Shown here piece after piece: positions 57,433 to 64,000 of a stretch of DNA of 64,000 bases. Source of the DNA: Candidatus Thorarchaeota archaeon (GTDB lineage Archaea > Asgardarchaeota > Thorarchaeia > Thorarchaeales > Thorarchaeaceae); contig JBHLRP010000003.1 in the NCBI GenBank assembly GCA_048882485.1, positions 32,001-96,000 of the forward strand. The letters run 5' to 3'. The notes under the pieces were generated by a model that was given only the letters and a program-made list of their open reading frames with translations, did not search any database and was not told the origin of the DNA. Position 1 is the first letter of the stretch. Every line of letters begins with the position of its first letter. The position numbers were made by a program, and so were the translations under genes.

Positions 57433-58086
57433 ATGCTTCAATTCGAGATTTTCGACCTCACCCTAGCTGAAATTGTTGCCTACTTCCAGAATGATGTTGT
57501 TATTGCTTGGGTGCTGATCGGCTCTGGTGCTCTCGCTGCAGCATGGCTGCTTGAGAATATTACAGATCCAATTCCACTTCTCGGAACTATATTCGACGGG
57601 TTGGTGGCAATCAGTACCTATCTTGGCTTCTTTGTAGGCATTCTGGATATGTGTGTAGGCTATGTTGTATGGGCAGCGAATCCAGACGCAGTGATTGTGG
57701 CCGGGCTTCTCGTCCTCATTGGTTTCGCATTGAGTATGAGACTGCTCTCAAAGTTTCCTATCGCGCTTCTTCTGTCCTTAGGCCTAGCTTTGTTCGGCAC
57801 ATTTACGCTCTATGGAATTCTCACTCCTTATGCAGATGCCCCCGTCATAGGTGAATACGTCACACAGATTATATCTTTGAAATGGATGGCAGTTATTGCT
57901 TTCATTATCTTCGCTGTGGTATACCTTCTAAGCGGCCTTCTGATCAAGTTGATTCAACTAATCGGAAAGGTGTTTGCAGCAACTCCGGTCATTGTATTGA
58001 TTGGACTTGCAGCCCTTGGAGTGGGACTTATCATCTTCTTTGCCCCAGAGATGGTTGGACTAGGTGTTGCCTGGCCATCGCCATAA
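57433..58086 (+). CDS. Multi-pass membrane protein
   Basis: About seven TM helices; GAGGTG before ATG. Confidence 0.82.
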   Translation: MLQFEIFDLTLAEIVAYFQNDVVIAWVLIGSGALAAAWLLENITDPIPLLGTIFDGLVAISTYLGFFVGILDMCVGYVVWAANPDAVIVAGLLVLIGFALSMRLLSKFPIALLLSLGLALFGTFTLYGILTPYADAPVIGEYVTQIISLKWMAVIAFIIFAVVYLLSGLLIKLIQLIGKVFAATPVIVLIGLAALGVGLIIFFAPEMVGLGVAWPSP

Positions 58087-58136
58087 TGCTTGAGGGGACC
58101 TGTTCCCCTCCTTGCATCTTTTTCTATCAAGTCAAT

Positions 58137-58397
58137 TCACATGGTTCGAGGGCGTCTTATCTCTCTGATGTACAGGAACTTGATAGAGAGATCCGAATAG
58201 AACTTGGCGGCATTGTCGATGCTCTTCTTCGCCTCAGTGATTCCAGAATACCAGTCTGAAACATAGAATCCCTTCTCACCAAGGTCACCAGATGCTAGTC
58301 GCGTGAATCCATCGGGCAATTCAAATCCCACAGGTACAAACATTGCTACCCTGAATTCACTGTTATTGGTTTCAAGCCAAAGTTCACAATACGACAT
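58137..58397 (-). CDS. Hypothetical protein
   Basis: 86-aa ORF filling the gap. Confidence 0.65.
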   Translation of the reverse strand: MSYCELWLETNNSEFRVAMFVPVGFELPDGFTRLASGDLGEKGFYVSDWYSGITEAKKSIDNAAKFYSDLSIKFLYIREIRRPRTM

Positions 58398-58588
58398 TCA
58401 TTCACAACTCTGCTCAATTTTCCCTGCTTAGAAGATTAAGGTTTGCCTGTGTAGATATGCCACAATAGCGCGTCCCAAAGAGTTCAAATAGAAGAAGTCA
58501 TGTGAAACTAACAAGACTCAGTAGAATCAAATACACTCTATGATAGATGAATGTGTCACAGGGCAGAAGACACGGAGGATAGGTCAAG

Positions 58589-59233
58589 TTGGCGCTCAGG
58601 TTCGAACAATCAACACTCATGAAAGAGAAAGCTGCAATCGAGAAAAAGGATGAATCTAGCCGCTCGAAGCAAGAAAAGGAGAGGTTGCAGGAAATCAATG
58701 ATTTGCTCAAGAAGAAAATCATCAGTGTGACTATGAGTCAGGCGCTGGTGAATCGCATTGATGAGCTTGTTCATGAAACTGTTGGTAGGTCTCGAGCTCA
58801 ACTAATCGAGGATGCAGTACGATGGTTCTTGGACTATTCCGTGCATAGATGGACTGACCTCGGTCTATATGTAACTGGTTCTAGAGTTGTATTGGAATCG
58901 GAAACCATGAATTCATTCTTCTTCTCAAAGCTAACTCCATCGGATCAGTACGAGCTTGGTATAACATCAGGTAGTCAATCAGCAATCGGGGATGTTATCA
59001 CATTATATCATGGAACCGATCCATCAGATAAGGATAGTCGAGGCCTTATTCTTACACTGCTTCAGAACTTTGGGTGGGGCTTTCTGAAAATGCAAAGCGA
59101 TGACCTTCTTGTCATAACAAGCCCCTTCTATCCAGCTCCATTCATACAAGGCTATCTTGAAGCGCTGCTAAAGGTCAAGCTAGAACTGGTTGACACTGCA
59201 GGGAAAGATACCGTCGCCCTTCGATTCAAATAG
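58589..59233 (+). CDS. Ribbon-helix-helix regulator with V4R-like C-terminal domain
   Basis: IISVTMSQALVNRIDELV....SRAQLIEDAV; later G.RV, YELG...G, L...GWG, F..GYL. Confidence 0.8.
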   Translation: MALRFEQSTLMKEKAAIEKKDESSRSKQEKERLQEINDLLKKKIISVTMSQALVNRIDELVHETVGRSRAQLIEDAVRWFLDYSVHRWTDLGLYVTGSRVVLESETMNSFFFSKLTPSDQYELGITSGSQSAIGDVITLYHGTDPSDKDSRGLILTLLQNFGWGFLKMQSDDLLVITSPFYPAPFIQGYLEALLKVKLELVDTAGKDTVALRFK

Positions 59234-59256
59234 CTCGAGTCTTGCAACTCAGCAGT

Positions 59257-59682
59257 CTACCATTCCTCACCTAGTTCAAGTATTTCGAACTCTGCATCAT
59301 ACAGTCCTGGAATGCTTTCTATGGTGCTTCTAATGGTTGGCTCCTTCTGCCTGATTTCATCTGCTGCAAAATATACCTCATAGACACATCGATTCTCCTC
59401 GAAGCAGAATCCTGTAGTGAACAGCACCTTGAGGTCATGAGCCTTAAAAAGCTGAGTCATAGTTTGCATGAGGGCAGGATTGACCTTCTCGACCTCGAGT
59501 CTGACACGTGCTCCACCCTCCTTCATCATCGGAATGAGTCTTATCTCTCCCGACCTCTCAAAATAGATTACCATTGCAGCTTTCATGTCACCAAGTTCTG
59601 GATTATTGAAGAAGTCCTCTGGAAGGGTAATCGCCCGCTTCTTCTTGACATCTGCAATCATACCTTTAGTTAGCCCGGCCAC
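59257..59682 (-). CDS. AbrB-like + ACT-like domain protein
   Basis: VKKKRAITLPEDF...EIRLIP N-terminal pattern; C-terminal beta-alpha-beta-beta-alpha-beta ending IESIPGL. Confidence 0.65.
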   Translation of the reverse strand: MAGLTKGMIADVKKKRAITLPEDFFNNPELGDMKAAMVIYFERSGEIRLIPMMKEGGARVRLEVEKVNPALMQTMTQLFKAHDLKVLFTTGFCFEENRCVYEVYFAADEIRQKEPTIRSTIESIPGLYDAEFEILELGEEW

Positions 59683-59831
59683 GCCAATCGCCTCTGCCTA
59701 TTAACTGGTTGAATGCACTGGTGTATTTGAGTCTTCGTCTTGCTTATACCCATGTCGAGAATGATTTCAGAAAGCCATAAATCAGGAGTTGAGGCTGCTG
59801 CATCACCAATCTACACGGAGAACTACGAATT

Positions 59832-59954
59832 ATGGGAAAGGAAGGAGAACTATACGTCTGTGACATCTGTCAGCAAGTTGTACGAGTAGTGAAATATGGG
59901 GCTGGAACCCTGGTTTGTTGCGGTCAACCAATGCGACTGTTTGAGGACGACTAG
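59832..59954 (+). CDS. Desulforedoxin (stand-alone FeCys4 domain)
   Basis: Not in ORF track. MGKEGELYVCDICQQVVRVVKYGAGTLVCCGQPMRLFEDD: Y.CxxC...G.GTLVCCG.PM signature; GGAG upstream. Confidence 0.92.
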   Translation: MGKEGELYVCDICQQVVRVVKYGAGTLVCCGQPMRLFEDD

Positions 59955-60003
59955 AACGAAGGTTGACCTGCAAATCTTGTCAGGCAGAAGAGTGCTGCTT
60001 GAT

Positions 60004-60014
60004 AATCTTTATAT
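60004..60014 (+). promoter_or_regulatory. TATA box of rpo5 paralog 1
   Basis: AATCTTTATAT, identical to 60667-60677. Confidence 0.7.
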
Positions 60015-60060
60015 GACAAGCTGAATCGGCGACTGCTAGACCTTCTTTGGGTGTGTTTCC

Positions 60061-60615
60061 ATGATAGAGTTTCCAAGCAATGTGATAAAGACTAGGAACC
60101 TTCTCAACCTTCGAGCCTATGCAGTTGAGGACTTGCTCGAATATGAGAATCGTTTTGAGATGCATCCGATTAAGAAATTAGAAGACGGGACAATCAAGTC
60201 CGTTGTATGGATTCTGAAAGAGCCTCGCGTTGTAGGGATTGCGCTAGTCAAAGATTTGGTGAAAAAGATGGAAGAGGTTCAGGCACAGGAGGGCATCCTA
60301 GTAGGTGGGTCTAGATTCACACCAGCCGCAAAGAAGCATGCCATGGACATGAGGGTTGAACTTGTCTTGGGTAACTATGCATCATTTGATCTGTTCTCAC
60401 ACGAGCTCGTTCCTTCGCATACCATTGCTGATGAAGATGAAGTGTCTCTAGTCATGGAGCATTATGGTATAGCCCGCGACCAAATTCCTCGAATCCTAAG
60501 AAACGACCCAGCTGTGAAAGTTCTAGGTGCCAAACCTGGGCAAGTAGTCAGAATCGAACGAGATAGTGATACTGCTGGAGGAGTCTATTATTACAGACTA
60601 GTAGTCACCTCCTAG
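60061..60615 (+). CDS. rpoH: RNA polymerase subunit Rpo5/RpoH, two-domain RPB5-like, paralog 1
   Basis: C-domain HELVPSH...QIPRI...DPAV..LGAKPGQVVRIER.S.TAG...YYRLV, plus ~105-aa N-terminal domain. Confidence 0.92.
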   Translation: MIEFPSNVIKTRNLLNLRAYAVEDLLEYENRFEMHPIKKLEDGTIKSVVWILKEPRVVGIALVKDLVKKMEEVQAQEGILVGGSRFTPAAKKHAMDMRVELVLGNYASFDLFSHELVPSHTIADEDEVSLVMEHYGIARDQIPRILRNDPAVKVLGAKPGQVVRIERDSDTAGGVYYYRLVVTS

Positions 60616-60666
60616 AATCAAATTTTCTTTCAAATACTGCTTCCTTTGCAAAAACCCCTAGTTGGG

Positions 60667-60677
60667 AATCTTTATAT
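60667..60677 (+). promoter_or_regulatory. TATA box of rpo5 paralog 2
   Basis: AATCTTTATAT; GGGTG precedes both start codons at the same spacing. Confidence 0.7.
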
Positions 60678-60717
60678 CTCGCGCCTAGAATTGCGTTGTA
60701 ATTTAGGGTGTTTTCTC

Positions 60718-61278
60718 GTGGTTGAATTCCCGACTTTAGTCATGAAAACCAGAGGTCTCCTTACTCTTAGAGGCTACCTTGTAGAAGAATTGCTGGAATA
60801 CGAGGACCGGTATGTGATGCATCCTACAAGGGAGTCTGAAGATATCACCGTTAAATCAGTTGTATGGATTTTCAAGGTGCCAAAAGTAGTAGGAGTGGCT
60901 GTTGTTAGGGAACTAGTGAAAGCGATGGAGGAAGCTCAAGCACAGGAGGGTATGCTTGTAGGGGGCTCTAGAGTCACACCAGCGTCAAAGAAGCTCGCTC
61001 GCGAAATGCGTGTGGAGCTTGTGGAGGGAGGCTATTCATCATTTGACCTCTTTGGCCACAGTCTTGTTCCGAAACATGTGGTTGCAGATGAGGAAGAGGT
61101 TCAACTTGTTCTTGACCACTACGGCATCAGAAGATCACAGCTGCCTCGAATCTATCGGACTGATGCCGCCGTCAAGGTACTGGGTGCAAAAACAGGCCAG
61201 GTGATTCGAATCCAACGTGAGAGCGATACTGCAGGGCTCTCCTATTACTATCGTCTCATTGTTGACCCAGGACGATGA
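60718..61278 (+). CDS. rpoH: RNA polymerase subunit Rpo5/RpoH, two-domain RPB5-like, paralog 2
   Basis: HSLVPKH...QLPRI...GQVIRIQRESDTAG..YYYRL; GTG start at 60718 makes it colinear with paralog 1. Confidence 0.92.
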   Translation: MVEFPTLVMKTRGLLTLRGYLVEELLEYEDRYVMHPTRESEDITVKSVVWIFKVPKVVGVAVVRELVKAMEEAQAQEGMLVGGSRVTPASKKLAREMRVELVEGGYSSFDLFGHSLVPKHVVADEEEVQLVLDHYGIRRSQLPRIYRTDAAVKVLGAKTGQVIRIQRESDTAGLSYYYRLIVDPGR

Positions 61279-61280
61279 GA

Positions 61281-62060
61281 TTAGAAAGCTACTATGCCCA
61301 TTGCCATTCCAGCAAATAGGAGGGCTACGCATGTAATGAGAGGTAAGAGTATATTATCCGTCCCCTTCGGGCTCAAGGCTTCTACTATGGTAGCAATGAA
61401 GGCACCTATCAGCGCTAGCACTAACATCTGAATCCACAAGATATTGCCGCCGCTCGCAAAAACGCCATAGTTCACAATGCCAAAGAACCAGAACGCCAGG
61501 AGCGCCCCGAAGAATCCAAAAATCAGAACAGCCGCGCATCCATGAGGACTCCGTTTGGAGCCAAAGATGACTCGACATGAATTGATTCCATACCTCATAC
61601 CGATAGGTGCGCTCATTCCATCTCCCAGCATCATTATGTGTATGGCTGCCGCTGGAATGAAGTAGAGATTTTGATATCCCGTTATAGTAAATACAGCTGT
61701 TAAGATGGTTATTGACACAGCATACCAGAGTGGTCCTCGAACACTTCCATGCTCTAGGTCCTCAGGTCTAGCCATAGCTTCAAAGAATCTGCTGAAGCGT
61801 TCATGGTTTGCGAGTGCCAGCATCAAAACAAATGTGAAACCTACAAGAGTGGCTACCCACGGATGGGGAAAGTATGGTACTGCCCAGATTGCGAATCCGG
61901 CAAACAGATGAACAATTCTTCTAGTGAATTCAGGCCTCCAATTCATCTTGCGCCTTGCCAAGTCAGCAACTGTGAGTACAATCACCGCATAAAGGAGTGC
62001 GATAAAGTAAACTGCGATATCCCCAAGCTCGATTGCAAATCCTGCCTGCATCGAATCCAC
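61281..62060 (-). CDS. CTP-dependent polyprenol/phytol/diacylglycerol kinase-family membrane protein
   Basis: RRIVHL..G, G.L.Y, GDG.SA..G..YG, KRS..G, VEALSP.G.DN. Confidence 0.9.
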   Translation of the reverse strand: MDSMQAGFAIELGDIAVYFIALLYAVIVLTVADLARRKMNWRPEFTRRIVHLFAGFAIWAVPYFPHPWVATLVGFTFVLMLALANHERFSRFFEAMARPEDLEHGSVRGPLWYAVSITILTAVFTITGYQNLYFIPAAAIHIMMLGDGMSAPIGMRYGINSCRVIFGSKRSPHGCAAVLIFGFFGALLAFWFFGIVNYGVFASGGNILWIQMLVLALIGAFIATIVEALSPKGTDNILLPLITCVALLFAGMAMGIVAF

Positions 62061-62098
62061 TCACCGAATGCGATTGCCGAATAAACATCTGCTTATAT

Positions 62099-62923
62099 TT
62101 ATCGGCCTGTTTCCTGCCGTCCTTCGACATATATCGGGCTTTGACCCGACTCTGCCGCAATATATTCGATTGCGTCTTTTACCAAGTCCTCCAGGGCTTC
62201 TCTGTCTTTTCCTCTCGCAGAAACCCAGACCCGGAGAACATCAGTTGTTCCGTATTTCCTCGGCATTGATTTGATATAGACTCCAGGCGTCTTCTTCATT
62301 GCTCTATCTATGAACGGTGCGAATACGGACTCATCCTTGAAACCAAATTCAACTATCTTCTCGAAATACGTCTCTGCGATGCGATCTTCCACCCAAGGTT
62401 CGACTGAATTCTCAAAGATGTATTTCAGTTCTGCAGGCACTCCAGGAAGACAGAATATTGTTGTATCAGTGACCTCAAGCATAACTCCGGGTGCCCCGCC
62501 GACTCTATTATCTAGGGGGATTGAGCCTTCGGGAATCCGTGTCATCTTCTTGCGTGGTTCAGAGATATATGAGTCTGCAACAATCCCCTTGTCGCTCAGC
62601 ATTTTGTATTGTCGCTCAACAATTGCTAGAGCCTCCCTATCCTCAACAAGAGGTAGGCCAAGATGGGCTGCGATAGCTTCTAGTGTCATGTCGTCATGCG
62701 TTGGACCCAGACCACCGGATGTGACAATCAATTGGCAACTTCCAACCAAGAAATCAAGCGCAGCACCGATTTCGCCCTTGATGTCCCGAACAGCTACCAG
62801 ACGGTGGATCTCAGCAGAGAGCGCTGTAAGACGAATCTCCATCCAGTTCGCATTAGTATCAAGCACAAGTCCATCAAGAACTTCGTTTCCAATCGTGAGA
62901 ATCCCAGCCTTCAATAGTACCAC
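62099..62923 (-). CDS. CinA-like molybdopterin-binding-domain protein
   Basis: IGNEVL.G...DTN, SGGLGPTHDD.T, N.VG.APG, LPGVP.E. Confidence 0.92.
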   Translation of the reverse strand: MVLLKAGILTIGNEVLDGLVLDTNANWMEIRLTALSAEIHRLVAVRDIKGEIGAALDFLVGSCQLIVTSGGLGPTHDDMTLEAIAAHLGLPLVEDREALAIVERQYKMLSDKGIVADSYISEPRKKMTRIPEGSIPLDNRVGGAPGVMLEVTDTTIFCLPGVPAELKYIFENSVEPWVEDRIAETYFEKIVEFGFKDESVFAPFIDRAMKKTPGVYIKSMPRKYGTTDVLRVWVSARGKDREALEDLVKDAIEYIAAESGQSPIYVEGRQETGR

Positions 62924-62929
62924 CTATGA

Positions 62930-63631
62930 CTAAACATCTGCCATCTTCACTTCGGTTTCTAATGCATTGGCAATGTGTTTGAGCGTTGCAAGCCTTTTCC
63001 TCCCCAATTCCTTGCCTGGTTTGGTATTCATGCTCTCAACGATTTTCTCCGCCAGGTCGAGAAACTCATTGATGTGAGCCGAAACCTCATCGAGCAAGAA
63101 TCCTGGATTTATCTTGATGCCATTCACCATATAGTGTATCACCCCTATCGCTCCCAGCTTCACAATTTTGTCAGCGTCCCAAAGAACTTGCGCCTCCAGT
63201 GGCTCAACCGGTTTGTCCAATGTCAATCCCACATGCTTGCGGATGACATCACATACTTTCTCAATCACAATAGGATTCACTGACTTCTCTAGGAGGATTT
63301 TGCGTGCTTCTTCTGCTCCTGCATCGCCATGCTTTTGAATTCCGCCCATTCCGGGCTTAGCTATATCATGAAGCCAAGCTGCGAGTGTAACGACCTGCCT
63401 ATCAGCTCCTACCTGTTGGGCGATAGCTTTTGCAGTACTGACCACGTATTTCACATGATCAAATCGATAGTTGTAAAGCGCTACAACGTTTTTATCCTGA
63501 GCTTCTGACCATTCTTTAATTGCTGCTTTCTCAGAGCCTAGTTTCACAATTTCCTCCAGCTCAGCTTCTAAGTCTTCTTTCATTTGCATCCATTCTGATG
63601 GAAGAATTGTGAGGTTTATGAATTGTATCAC
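62930..63631 (-). CDS. HD-domain phosphohydrolase
   Basis: H...V, AAWLHDI, H...GA, I..H, DAD...LGA.G; GTGA overlap with tatD, though the start could be ATG 63583. Confidence 0.9.
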   Translation of the reverse strand: MIQFINLTILPSEWMQMKEDLEAELEEIVKLGSEKAAIKEWSEAQDKNVVALYNYRFDHVKYVVSTAKAIAQQVGADRQVVTLAAWLHDIAKPGMGGIQKHGDAGAEEARKILLEKSVNPIVIEKVCDVIRKHVGLTLDKPVEPLEAQVLWDADKIVKLGAIGVIHYMVNGIKINPGFLLDEVSAHINEFLDLAEKIVESMNTKPGKELGRKRLATLKHIANALETEVKMADV

Positions 63632-64000
63632 TGAGGCTGAATGTGTGTATAGAGGCGAAGGGTGTTTTCAAGTATAATCTCTTGTAATTCTTCTTCCTCC
63701 ATCTTCAAAATCTGCGCGGTTTCACTCAACGCCACCTGTATATTAGAAGGTTCATTTCTAATTCCTTTTTCTGGGCCGAGAACCGGACTATCGGTTTCCA
63801 AGAGTAGCCTCTCAATCGTGACTGCTTTCACGAGTTTTCTCTTCTGGGGTGATCTAACAACAGAGGTTGGGATTGAGAAGTAATAACCCAATTCTCTCGA
63901 AGCAGTCCTGGCTAGACTTGCCTTTCCATCAAAAGCATGCATATGCACTCTTTCTGCATCACAGGAACCAAGCACCTCCAGCGCCTTTCTTCCTGCGGAC
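63628..64000 (-). CDS. tatD: TatD-family deoxyribonuclease, 3' part only (truncated by window edge)
   Basis: HAF.G, GYYFSI, RLLLETDSP, RNEP, EN..RLY. Confidence 0.9.
   Translation of the reverse strand, partial: SAGRKALEVLGSCDAERVHMHAFDGKASLARTASRELGYYFSIPTSVVRSPQKRKLVKAVTIERLLLETDSPVLGPEKGIRNEPSNIQVALSETAQILKMEEEELQEIILENTLRLYTHIQPQ

Noticed and set aside
60646-60717. N-terminal extension of rpo5 paralog 2 given in the ORF track
   Set aside because: Contains the TATA box and RBS; alignment with paralog 1 places the start at GTG 60718
1-64000. tRNA, rRNA, transposase, integrase or provirus
   Set aside because: No cloverleaf or rRNA-like segment noticed in the short intergenic gaps and no mobility genes; checked by eye only, so tRNAscan-SE/Infernal would be decisive

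Overview
Gene-dense archaeal chromosomal region, most consistent with an Asgard archaeon (Thorarchaeota-like). This taxonomy is an inference from a Rab-like GTPase, Mer, EndoQ, NreA, an archaeal Ski2-like helicase, archaeal BRE/TATA promoters and GGTG/GGAG ribosome-binding sites. I saw no rRNA, tRNA, CRISPR array, transposase or integrase. Main points: (1) a translationally coupled uvrB-uvrA1-uvrA2 block followed by a TPR/4-Cys gene and uvrC, suggesting a heterodimeric UvrA; (2) two tandem Rpo5/RpoH paralogs, both carrying a eukaryote-type RPB5 N-terminal jaw domain and each with its own promoter; (3) a 26-aa Trp/acidic micropeptide gene with a ribosome-binding site and a strand-specific GAAA hairpin, seen in the ORF track only as the tail of a longer ORF; (4) a 40-aa desulforedoxin missed by the ORF track; (5) tandem ferredoxins with a duplicated promoter, a position-conserved 5' hairpin and a Cys-to-Glu ligand change; (6) a PRMT-like methyltransferase and a Rab-like GTPase with a polybasic tail. 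All family calls come from recalled motifs; no database search was run.
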